Positions 7,227 through 15,122 of a stretch of DNA of 16,962 nucleotides are shown one piece after another; the first letter of the stretch is position 1, and each line of letters begins with the position of its first letter. The notes beneath the pieces were generated by a model. That model was given only the letters and a program-made list of their open reading frames with translations. It did not search any database and was not told the origin of the DNA. The stretch is from an uncultured Gemmatimonadota bacterium (GTDB lineage: Bacteria > SM23-81 > DAOVCL01), in NCBI GenBank assembly GCA_964626665.1, contig CAZVGK010000048.1, positions 1 to 16,962 on the forward strand. The letters run 5' to 3'. Both the position numbers and the translations under genes were made by a program.

Positions 7227-8783
7227 CTTACCCTGATGCTTCCCCTTGAGCGAGTAGATGAGATCTCCCCTCCCCTGCGGGGGTGGCTCCCCCCAGATAA
7301 GGAAAGGTTGACCATCAATCATCGCCTCGGAGAGTTTCCGCTCCCCCTCATAGAATTCCTTTAGTCCCTGGATCTCCGCCTCGGGGGCCAGAAACTTCGG
7401 CTCTGGATTGGCCTGACCAAAGGGGCTTAACCTCTTCAGATCGGAAATGAGCCCTTCATTTAAAAACTTAGGAGAGAGTTTCAGATCATAACCCTCCTGG
7501 CGGGAGGGAAGGGGAGGATGACTGCGGGCGTAACCCCTTATCCGCTCGATGAATCCCTCTAACTCCTCCGGCCTCATAGAAAAGCCTGCCGCCTGCTTGT
7601 GCCCCCCATATTGAATAAAACAATCCCGACAGAAGCTAAAGGCCTGGAAGAGGTCGAAGCCCTGGGGGGACCTCCCCTCTCCCACCAAGACATCCCCCCT
7701 CTTGCCGATAACTACAGCGGGCTTCCCCGTCTCCTTGCTCAAAAGACCGGCACAATATCCTAAGAAATTAACACCAATCTGCGGCACAACTGCTAAAATA
7801 ATATCCTCATTGGTCTCTGCTTCCCTTCTTACTATTCCCCCCGCCTCCTCGGCCGCCTTCCTCCACTGTCTTCCCGCCTGCTTAAGGCCTTTACAGATGG
7901 CCTCTATCCTGGTGCTGTCCCTGGTGGAGAGGAGCTCGACTACATCGCTCTTTCCCGCAGCAAAACGGCCAAACCTAAGAAGATCCACTATACCATCAAC
8001 CGGATCAAGCCCCGGACAGACCTGGACCATTCCCCGCAAGGCCCGTATCCCCGGTTTGGTGCTCAAGCCCAACTCCTCGGTCCCTAATTTTGCTAAGACC
8101 CTATTCTCCCCCACTAAGGGGACCTTGTCGGCTATTGTCCCCAGGGCAACCAAAGGAAGAAATTCCTTGAGGAATCCCTTATCCCCCCCCGCAAAGCTTT
8201 CTAAGAGGGAGAGGGAAAACTTTAGGGCCACTCCTACGCCGGCTAAATAGCGGAAGGGGTAAGTGGAATCCTCCCTCTTGGGATTGATCACTGCCCAAGC
8301 AGCAGGGAGCCTCCCCTGGGGCTCATGATGGTCGGTTATGATGACCTCAATCCCTAAGGCTTTAGCCCACTCCACCCCTGGAAAGTCGCTTGTCCCCGAA
8401 TCCACGGTGATGATCAGCTTCACCCCCTGGGAGGAGAGGTGTTCTAAAAGCCGCTGGGAGAAACCATACCCCTCCCTATTTCTGTCCGGGATATAGTAGT
8501 CAACCTCAGGGTGCAGGCTCTTCAAGGTTTTCATCATCACCAGGGTGCTGGTCACCCCATCCACATCATCGTGGCCGATAATCATCATCCTCTCCCTGCG
8601 GGCAATCCCCTCCCCCACCCTCTCCACCGCCTCCCTGATATCGTTGAGGAGAAAGGGGGAGTGGAGGTCCTCGAGCTGCGGGGTAAGGTATCTCTCCGCC
8701 TCCGCGGGATCTCCCAACCCTCTCTTAACCAACAAGTTAGCTAAAATCTGGGAGACCCCAACCTTCTGGGCTAATGCTTGCAT
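7203..8783 (-). CDS. recJ: RecJ-like DHH/DHHA1 phosphoesterase (divergent ssDNA exonuclease homologue)
   Basis: LLVKRG, DDVDG, PDRNREGYG, ITVDSG, ITDHH, INPKR, LAGVGVA, LVALGTIAD, GENR, GGHKQAAG, LSPFGQANPEP; several canonical motifs are altered (see findings). Confidence 0.8.
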   Translation of the reverse strand: MQALAQKVGVSQILANLLVKRGLGDPAEAERYLTPQLEDLHSPFLLNDIREAVERVGEGIARRERMMIIGHDDVDGVTSTLVMMKTLKSLHPEVDYYIPDRNREGYGFSQRLLEHLSSQGVKLIITVDSGTSDFPGVEWAKALGIEVIITDHHEPQGRLPAAWAVINPKREDSTYPFRYLAGVGVALKFSLSLLESFAGGDKGFLKEFLPLVALGTIADKVPLVGENRVLAKLGTEELGLSTKPGIRALRGMVQVCPGLDPVDGIVDLLRFGRFAAGKSDVVELLSTRDSTRIEAICKGLKQAGRQWRKAAEEAGGIVRREAETNEDIILAVVPQIGVNFLGYCAGLLSKETGKPAVVIGKRGDVLVGEGRSPQGFDLFQAFSFCRDCFIQYGGHKQAAGFSMRPEELEGFIERIRGYARSHPPLPSRQEGYDLKLSPKFLNEGLISDLKRLSPFGQANPEPKFLAPEAEIQGLKEFYEGERKLSEAMIDGQPFLIWGEPPPQGRGDLIYSLKGKHQGKLCLRIQR

Positions 8784-8786
8784 ACT

Positions 8787-9665
8787 CTACCCTCCCATTT
8801 GGGGGAACTCCAAGGAAGGCACCACCCTCCTCCCCATCCCTTTCCTGCTGCCTGGGGTGTTGTTGAACTCCTCTACAAGATAGAAGATCAACACGATGAA
8901 TTTCCTCCTGAATTTGCCATGGAAGAAGCTGTGCACCAAGTTGGTATACTCTAATATATCCCTCTCCTCCTGGCTGGCAGATCGGTCCTCAGGGTGCACC
9001 ATGCGCACCAGAGCGCGCAACTCATAGCAAGGGTAGTCCAAAAAGACAATCGAGGCCACCGGATTGGCCATCAGGTTGAGGAAGGTGTGGGTCTCAAATT
9101 GAGGGGTTGTATAGAGCTCTAAGGAAACCTGCTTTTTTCTGTCCCAAAGTGTCCTATCCTGGTAACCGGCAGCCAGAATCTGGAGCTTTTCTGGCATTGG
9201 GGCATCGGAGTTGTCCTTCAGCTCCTTTATCCTCTCCCCAATCCTCTCCTTGGTGGGGACAAACCCCATCCCCTTTACAGCATTGTTCACCGTGAAGTGA
9301 GAGTCGCGCCTTCCCCCTCCATAGGTGGCCACCGCGGCGCTGTGCGGCCCGGCCAGGGAAGGGGGTTTGCCCGTTTTAAAACCCTCGATGGTCTCCAATC
9401 TGGCCTTGAAGTTCCAGTCCAGAAAGCCCGCACTCAGCTCCCTGGGCTGGAATTCCCGCCAACTACCGTTTAATTTTGCCCTGATCCCACCGGATTTGAG
9501 ATGCTGCAGGTTCGTCTGCAGGAAGCTCCCTCCCTGCCAGTAGCTTGCCGACCTGCTCCTCTCCCACACCCCCGCAAAGAGGGAGGGAACCCTCCCCCAA
9601 AACAGGAGGAAGGGAGCGGCCAATGTCCCCCATCTAAGGAATCCCCTTCTGCTTACCCTGGCCAT
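8787..9665 (-). CDS. Tat-signal protein, probable pyridoxamine 5'-phosphate oxidase-like (FMN-binding split barrel) domain
   Basis: Twin-arginine motif SRRGFL followed by a hydrophobic stretch; AAGGAGGT RBS; HTFLNLMANPVASIVFL..YELRA resembles the T..NL..NP.v.l.f motif of split-barrel flavoproteins. CDS is solid; fold call is tentative. Confidence 0.6.
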   Translation of the reverse strand: MARVSRRGFLRWGTLAAPFLLFWGRVPSLFAGVWERSRSASYWQGGSFLQTNLQHLKSGGIRAKLNGSWREFQPRELSAGFLDWNFKARLETIEGFKTGKPPSLAGPHSAAVATYGGGRRDSHFTVNNAVKGMGFVPTKERIGERIKELKDNSDAPMPEKLQILAAGYQDRTLWDRKKQVSLELYTTPQFETHTFLNLMANPVASIVFLDYPCYELRALVRMVHPEDRSASQEERDILEYTNLVHSFFHGKFRRKFIVLIFYLVEEFNNTPGSRKGMGRRVVPSLEFPQMGG

Positions 9666-9773
9666 TCTACCTCCTTAAACTCATAGAAAATTGCTGTTTT
9701 TAGAAATGCCTGTAGTCCCGGTGTCGTTCTGCCCATCTCTGGACAATTTAGGGTTAGATCCTGTTTGCCCGTT

Positions 9774-9797
9774 AGAAAAACCCGCCAAAGGCGGATT
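9774..9797 (-). terminator. Short intrinsic-terminator-like hairpin downstream of DUF402-ltaE-ybjQ
   Basis: Minus strand AATCCGCC-TTT-GGCGGGTT followed by TTTCT. Confidence 0.45.
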
Positions 9798-9877
9798 GTT
9801 CACATCTGACCTCAGCCGCCTGATCCGAATTATCCATAAATTCGCCGGTGACATCTCAAATCGCTAAGGCTCCTTGC

Positions 9878-9940
9878 TGTAGGGACTCCGATCTATCGGA
9901 GTCCGAGGATAACGGACAGACATAAATGTCTGTCCCTACA
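9878..9940. repeat. Inverted doublet of GTAG-type REP-like palindromes (REPIN-like)
   Basis: Plus: GTAG-GGACTCCGAT-CT-ATCGGAGTCC-G (9879-9905). Minus: GTAG-GGACAGACAT-TT-ATGTCTGTCC-G (9939-9913). 7-nt spacer between units. Confidence 0.75.
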
Positions 9941-10049
9941 AAACAACACATAAATCATTAAATATCAAAATATTGGGCTAATCCATTATTGGTCTGTAAA
10001 TAATCCAGGCAAGGGTGGCAACCCCTGCTAACCCACAGGGCTTCTTGTC

Positions 10050-10235
10050 TCAGGAGCCAATCTTCACCGCAGTGCCACTCACCGTGACCATTAGCATGCT
10101 TCTTTCCTTAAGGGTTTCATAGTCTAAGTCTACCCCTACCACAGCATCTGCCCCCATAATGGCCTCATCGGTGACTATCCCCAAGTACTTGCTCACCTTC
10201 TTCCCTTCAATATAAGGTGTAGTGGTGACTATCAT
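10050..10235 (-). pseudogene. ybjQ: YbjQ/UPF0145 family gene with a large in-frame internal deletion (61 aa left)
   Basis: N-terminal MIVTTTPYIEGKKVSKYLGIV..EAIMGA is joined directly to C-terminal DAVVGVDLDYE...MLMVTVSGTAVK; the central ..RD..GGRS..YE.. helical segment is missing; AAGGAGG precedes ATG 10235. Confidence 0.8.
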
Positions 10236-10257
10236 CGCCCCTCCTTGGGTGAAATGT

Positions 10258-11289
10258 TCAACCAAAAACCCTGTGAAAGGCCTCTATGGCCTTGCGCATC
10301 TCCTTTAACCCGACATTAAGGTGGGCCACTGCCCTGATCCTCTGAGGGCCAAAGGGGACAACCAAGACCCCCTCCCTCTTCAGCGCCTCGATGGCCTGGG
10401 GAACACTATACCGGGAATTTTTTATGTCCATCACCACTATGTTGGTCTGCACTGTCTCCATATCTATCTCTATCCCCCCTATGCCATTAACCTGCTCGGC
10501 AAAGTAATGGGCGTTTTGATGATCCTCTGCCAACCTCTCCCAGTTGTTCTCCAGAGCATAGATGCCGGCAGCGGCCAGAATCCCCACCTGCCTCATTCCT
10601 CCACCCAGAAGCTTCCTGACCCTCTTTGCCTGCAGGATGAACTCCCTGTCCCCGGCCAAGACCGAACCAACCGGGGCCCCCAACCCCTTGGAGAGGCAGA
10701 TGGAGGCTGCATCTGAACACTGGGCATATTCAGCAGGACTCACGCCGGTGGCCACACTGGCATTAAAAAGGCGGGCCCCATCCAAGTAAACCTTCACCCC
10801 CTTGGACTGACATAATTCCCCTATCTTCCCCATCTCCTTCAGGGGGAAAATGGTTCCTCCAGCCCGATTGTGGGTGTTCTCTAAGCAGACAAGCTGGGTC
10901 TCCAAGTAGGGGGTATCTGGCCCCCTTATCGCCTGGGCGATCTGCTCCTCAGAGAGAATGCCCCTCTCCCCTCTCAAGGGACGGAGCTGTACCCCGGAGA
11001 TAACCGCGGGGGCCCCGGACTCATAGTTGTAGGTGTGGGAATCAACCTCCAAGATAACCTCACCTCCTGGCTTGGTAAGAGCCCGGATCGCTATCTGATT
11101 GTTCATCGTCCCACTGGCCGTAAAGAGGGCATCCTCTTTGCCCAGGATTTCGGCAACCATCTCCTGGAGTCGGTTTACAGTTGGGTCCTCGCCAAATCCA
11201 TCATCCCCCACCTCCGCCTTGGAGATTGCCCTTCTCATCCCTCGGGAAGGCTTGGTCACCGTATCGCTACGCAGGTCAATATACCCCAT
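10258..11289 (-). CDS. ltaE: Low-specificity L-threonine aldolase (PLP-dependent)
   Basis: IDLRSDTVT, VGDD..GEDPTV, SGTM.NQ, LENTHN, LDGARLFNA, CLSKGLGAPVGS (PLP lysine), GGGMRQ. Confidence 0.95.
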   Translation of the reverse strand: MGYIDLRSDTVTKPSRGMRRAISKAEVGDDGFGEDPTVNRLQEMVAEILGKEDALFTASGTMNNQIAIRALTKPGGEVILEVDSHTYNYESGAPAVISGVQLRPLRGERGILSEEQIAQAIRGPDTPYLETQLVCLENTHNRAGGTIFPLKEMGKIGELCQSKGVKVYLDGARLFNASVATGVSPAEYAQCSDAASICLSKGLGAPVGSVLAGDREFILQAKRVRKLLGGGMRQVGILAAAGIYALENNWERLAEDHQNAHYFAEQVNGIGGIEIDMETVQTNIVVMDIKNSRYSVPQAIEALKREGVLVVPFGPQRIRAVAHLNVGLKEMRKAIEAFHRVFG

Positions 11290-11785
11290 CTCTCTTGCCC
11301 CTCAATGCCATTTTCCCGAGCATCCCGTTGGCCTCCTCGATGATTATCCGATGATCCTTGAGCACCAACTCCTTGGCCGATTCGATGTAAGCCTTTAGAC
11401 TCTCCTCTAATTGAGATGGGATCTGTTCCTCATCGAGGATCTCCACCTTACCCGAGGGGAACACAAGGATGTCCAGAGTAAGGTCCCCCCAGGCAAACTC
11501 CCGATTAGAGAGGCGTATAGAATCGGCCAGGTTGAAATAGTATCCCACCTTATCACCACCTTTGCTCAGCCACAAATATAAGGTATAGGGCCTCTCTGTC
11601 CAGTAAAATCCATAGGAGATCATCCCGGGAAGGAGGGTGAGGCTCCCCACCTGATAGCGGCGACTGATCACATACTTAAGGATACCAAAACCCCTCTGCA
11701 AGGTGACCAGCTCACAGTCATAGGTAACCTCGCCTCCAGACAAAAGCCGTTTTCGCTCTCTACAGAGGGCCATGTCTAAGGGCAT
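11276..11785 (-). CDS. DUF402 domain protein
   Basis: YW..RPY.LY.W, YYFNL, DLTLDILVFPSGKVEILDEE pattern; overlaps ltaE by 14 nt. Exact start uncertain. Confidence 0.75.
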   Translation of the reverse strand: MPLDMALCRERKRLLSGGEVTYDCELVTLQRGFGILKYVISRRYQVGSLTLLPGMISYGFYWTERPYTLYLWLSKGGDKVGYYFNLADSIRLSNREFAWGDLTLDILVFPSGKVEILDEEQIPSQLEESLKAYIESAKELVLKDHRIIIEEANGMLGKMALRGKRDGVY

Positions 11786-11827
11786 CTGTAATGAAAAGCA
11801 TCTGAGTTATGATATTTCACCCTTTTG

Positions 11828-11861
11828 CCTGGTTTCACCGTTTGGTGAAACCAGGAACTAC
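11828..11861. repeat. Perfect 12-bp hairpin preceded by GTAG on the minus strand (REP-like or terminator) at the downstream edge of the R-M locus
   Basis: CCTGGTTTCACC (11828-11839), GTTT loop, GGTGAAACCAGG (11844-11855); plus CTAC at 11858-11861. Confidence 0.65.
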
Positions 11862-11965
11862 AATGAAACTCTTGTCAAACCATGTTCACCAAACGAATCA
11901 ATTCCCAAATTGGTGATAAAACCCGTTATGTTGAAACATATTCCCTTCCTTCGCCTTACCATCTG

Positions 11966-13178
11966 TCACAATTTCCCCTGAAGTGCCTTGTCCAATATGG
12001 CAGAGGTCGATGCCTCGATTTTCTCTTGGGTTTCTCTCTGCAAGCGACAGAGCTCTTCAACTTTGGCCTGCAGTCGGTCAAGGTAGGTGACGATGCGGCG
12101 TTGTTCATCTAACGGAGGGAACTCCATGACTAAATTCTTTAGCCCATCTTGATTAATGATGGGTAAAGTAACTGCTGATGACAAGAGCCGAATATAGTCG
12201 TATTTGAAGCGGAACCAGTAATAAGCAAAATCTGGAATTATCGCTGACCCAAAATATAGGCCAGTAATCTGCTGATTTGAGGATACTTCCGCAGCGGCAA
12301 CACCAACCTTGCCTAAGGTAGCACCAATTCCAACAAACAGAATAGTTCCTTCTTTGAAGGTCTTTGCCTTTTTCCCCTTAATTGCGGTTGCCGTGAGCGT
12401 TCTATTCGATTTGATCAAGTATTTCCTAAGGCCAAGATCCCCAGGAGTGAACCATTGGATATTTCCCCCGTAATATTTGGTCTGCTTTGAAGGGGGGGGT
12501 AGTTCCTGTTTTAATATCTGTAATTAGCTCTGCAATCTTATTTTTCTTCCATCCTTGCGTATTTGCCCTTGAGAAGACCTCATGCAAAACAGCGGGCATA
12601 ATCGCATCGGTCTCCTCACGGGCAGCGCGGCGAAGCCGTTTAGCCTCCTCAATGCGGTTTACCAGCTCCTCAATCCTTGCCACAATGCGGCGCTGTTCAG
12701 GAAGGGGTGGGAGTGGGATTTGAAAAGACTTGATTTTGGATAACTTCAGCGATGGATAGGCTTCGTTCTCAATAAATCTACTGATGTCAAGGTGACAAAG
12801 CCAATAGTATAGAAAACCTGCTGAGGCGGCGGATTCAATTGCCTTAATAGCCGCTAAATGTGAGACTATATAAGCATCAATTCCCAACATAGCCCGATTA
12901 TTGGTCAATATTGCCGCACCACTTTTGGGAAATAGTATTGTTCTTCGGGAGGCATGTCTTAGTTTGTATTTCTTCACAGCAAATTTGTTAACTTTATCTT
13001 TTGTATCTGTTAGATTTTTGGTTCTTCCATACCGCCCCAAATCTTGAGCCCGTACAAAAGGGTATAAACCGTTTTCATAAAACATCTGCCCCTGGGGTGC
13101 AGAGGAACCACTGAATACTTCTGCCACCTCCCCCAACCTCACCCACCGCCAGCCTTTGGGTAGGTCTTTTAGCTTCAA
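11966..13178 (-). CDS. hsdS: Type I R-M specificity subunit HsdS, split by a +1 frameshift in a C8 tract (250-aa half subunit as written; 403 aa with C7)
   Basis: LPKGWRWVRLGEV, TRD1, IPLPPLPEQRRIVARIEEL, second PPLDEQRRIV..LD, ILDKALQGKL end. Removing one C from plus-strand G8 at 12492-12499 gives TGTTPPSKQTKYYGGNIQWFTPGDLGLRKYLIKSNR, in frame with ORF 11966..12418. Confidence 0.93.
12492..12499 (-). repeat. Homopolymer C8 tract (coding strand) at the hsdS frameshift
   Basis: Plus strand aggggggggt at 12491-12500. Confidence 0.9.
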
Positions 13179-13291
13179 TACTTACTACCCTCAGACGCAG
13201 ACCGCTCTATCTGCAATCTACGGTTGGGGAAATCCATATCTATGATGCATCTATTAACATCAAGGGAGACGGTTATCTCACCACTGATCAT
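13175..13291 (-). pseudogene. 38-aa ORF, probable internally deleted clan AA (retropepsin-like) aspartic protease remnant
   Basis: MISGEITVSLDVNRCIIDMDFPNRRLQIERSASEGSKY; not in the ORF track. Start lies inside the upstream gene's last codons; the TGA overlaps the hsdS TTG start (TTGA). MI.G start and .IDMDF.NRRL.IE end resemble termini of small bacterial aspartic proteases; no DTG motif. Confidence 0.5.
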
Positions 13292-13562
13292 TAGCCGTTC
13301 TCCGGAATTTGTGCATCACTTCCTCACCTATACGAAAATAGTCTAATAGTTTGCCGGGAAATCGCTTCTGCGCCTTTCTGGCTGCATCAAGTTCGTCTAA
13401 TCCGATGACATATTCCCCCGATTCAGGGTTAATCGCTAACACCTTGCCGGCGTGATCCTTCTCAAGTTTAACTCTCAGCTTTTGATACAGCCGTTCGCCT
13501 TTCTTTAGATACCGCACTTCATCTTCCCTAATATGGCCCTGTTTAACACCCTTCCTCCTCAT
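13278..13562 (-). CDS. Small DUF5678-like protein embedded in the R-M operon
   Basis: Y..L...LEKDHAGKVLAI...SGEY.IG.DELDA..KA...FPGK..D.FRIG pattern; AGGAG RBS. Confidence 0.65.
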   Translation of the reverse strand: MRRKGVKQGHIREDEVRYLKKGERLYQKLRVKLEKDHAGKVLAINPESGEYVIGLDELDAARKAQKRFPGKLLDYFRIGEEVMHKFRRTANDQW

Positions 13563-13628
13563 CTGACAACTCTCCTATTTTAAAAACTTCTTCTTTCAAG
13601 GGTGGCAAGATTTCAAAAACCACCAGGA

Positions 13629-15122
13629 TTATCCTCCTTCCTCGATTTGCCCTCCCAGCAAACCCTGGAGTTCCTCCAATATCTTGGTGATAGCTTTCTC
13701 CTTCTCCAACACACCTGCCACTAGTTCCTCGGGGGGGCGATGCTCATACTCATCCTTGCGGTGGGGATTTTTAGCCGTTAAATCGTAGCCATTTTTGACA
13801 ACCTCTTCTGCCAGGACAATCCATGAGTTTTCAGAAACCGCACGGCTCTTCCACTTTTCAAAAGTATCCTCCAGATGTTCGTCTTTAATGGGATTGGCTT
13901 TGGTATATTTCACACCTGGTGGTGGGCTCAGTTCATAATACCAGATCTCCTTGGTAGGGCCAGGACGCTCGAAGAAGAGAAGATTGGTCTTAGGCCCTTG
14001 ACCTGAAGAGGTGACATTGGCAAATACACCAGAGGGGAGACTGACGATGGTGTGAAGATTATAGTTCTCCAGCAATTCCTTATTCACTGCAGCAAAGGCA
14101 TCCCCTCTGAACAAGACCCCTTCGGGAAGGACAATGCCACATCTCCCATTGACTCTTAGTTTCTTGGTCACATATTGCAGGGCCAGAAGTTCTGTGGCCC
14201 GGGATTGAATCGGAAAGTTCTGTTGGATGTGCCTGCCTTCCTTTCCTCCAAAGGGAGGGTTAGTGAGGATCACCTGAAACCTCTGGGATTCAGGGATATT
14301 GCGGATATTCTCCTCAAGGGTATTTTTGCGTAATATGTTTGGTGTGAAAAGTTCGTGGAGGATCATATTCATCATACCCAACAAATAGGGGAGAGGTTTC
14401 TTCTCCTGACCATAAAAGGCATTCCGTTGCAGGGTCTCAAAATCCTCTAAAGTTAATTCACGGGAACTCCTCATCCGTTGGTATGCCTCTACCAGAAATC
14501 CACCCGAGCCGCAGAAGGGATCAAATACCGTTTCACCGATCTGGGGGTTTACCACCTTGACCATAAAGCGAATGATGGGCCGCGGAGTATAAAACTCCCC
14601 AGCAACACCGCCTTCTCTACCCATCCTGAGGAGAAGATCTTCGTAAACCTGAGAGATGATGTGTGTATCCTCCACCCTCTGAAAATCAACCTGATGAATA
14701 ATTTCGATGACATCCATGAGGTTATACGGAGACTTCATTCGGTTGTAGCGGATCTCCTTAAAGATGGTGGCGATTATCTCCTTTTCCGGAGTCCCGTGAA
14801 GTCCTCTTAGATAAGGGAAGAGCTCGTTGTTGACAAACCCAATAAGCTTTTCACCCCGCCAATCCTTCTTTGTCCAGACAGGCCAGCGGTATTTCTCCTC
14901 CAAGATCCGCTCATAAAGTCTCCTATCAACCAGGGCTTCCGCTTCATATCGTTCATCAATGGCCTCAAGGGCCTTGAGGAAGAGCATCCAGGAGAGCTGC
15001 TCCATATATTCCAGAACCCCTGTAGTTCCATCGTCCCGCCTCATAATGTCACAGGCCCGCCAGATCTCATTGGCCAGATCCTTACGGGTCTGGTGCTCAA
15101 AAAGTTCAGACTGCCTATTCAT
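13629..15122 (-). CDS. hsdM: Type I R-M N6-adenine methyltransferase subunit HsdM
   Basis: IWRACDIMRRDDG..Y.EQLSWMLFLK, GEFYTPR, motif I FDPFCGSGGF, motif IV NPPF, IVLPEGVLF; ATGA overlap with the hsdR stop. Confidence 0.96.
   Translation of the reverse strand: MNRQSELFEHQTRKDLANEIWRACDIMRRDDGTTGVLEYMEQLSWMLFLKALEAIDERYEAEALVDRRLYERILEEKYRWPVWTKKDWRGEKLIGFVNNELFPYLRGLHGTPEKEIIATIFKEIRYNRMKSPYNLMDVIEIIHQVDFQRVEDTHIISQVYEDLLLRMGREGGVAGEFYTPRPIIRFMVKVVNPQIGETVFDPFCGSGGFLVEAYQRMRSSRELTLEDFETLQRNAFYGQEKKPLPYLLGMMNMILHELFTPNILRKNTLEENIRNIPESQRFQVILTNPPFGGKEGRHIQQNFPIQSRATELLALQYVTKKLRVNGRCGIVLPEGVLFRGDAFAAVNKELLENYNLHTIVSLPSGVFANVTSSGQGPKTNLLFFERPGPTKEIWYYELSPPPGVKYTKANPIKDEHLEDTFEKWKSRAVSENSWIVLAEEVVKNGYDLTAKNPHRKDEYEHRPPEELVAGVLEKEKAITKILEELQGLLGGQIEEGG

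Noticed and set aside
8183-8190. G8 tract in recJ (and C7 tract in hsdM at 13731-13737) as phase-variation sites
   Set aside because: Both are in frame and G/C runs are common here. They show that the hsdS tract length alone is weak evidence; the frameshift and its position carry the argument.
11786-11965. Glycine riboswitch upstream of ltaE, or real plus-strand ORFs 11772..11981 and 11882..12112
   Set aside because: No GGAGA...CCGAAG...CUCUCAGG aptamer core on the minus strand; the ORFs are antisense to real genes and lack motifs.
11966-12418. 150-aa ORF as an independent second hsdS gene
   Set aside because: It starts mid-TRD and joins seamlessly to the upstream ORF once one C is removed.
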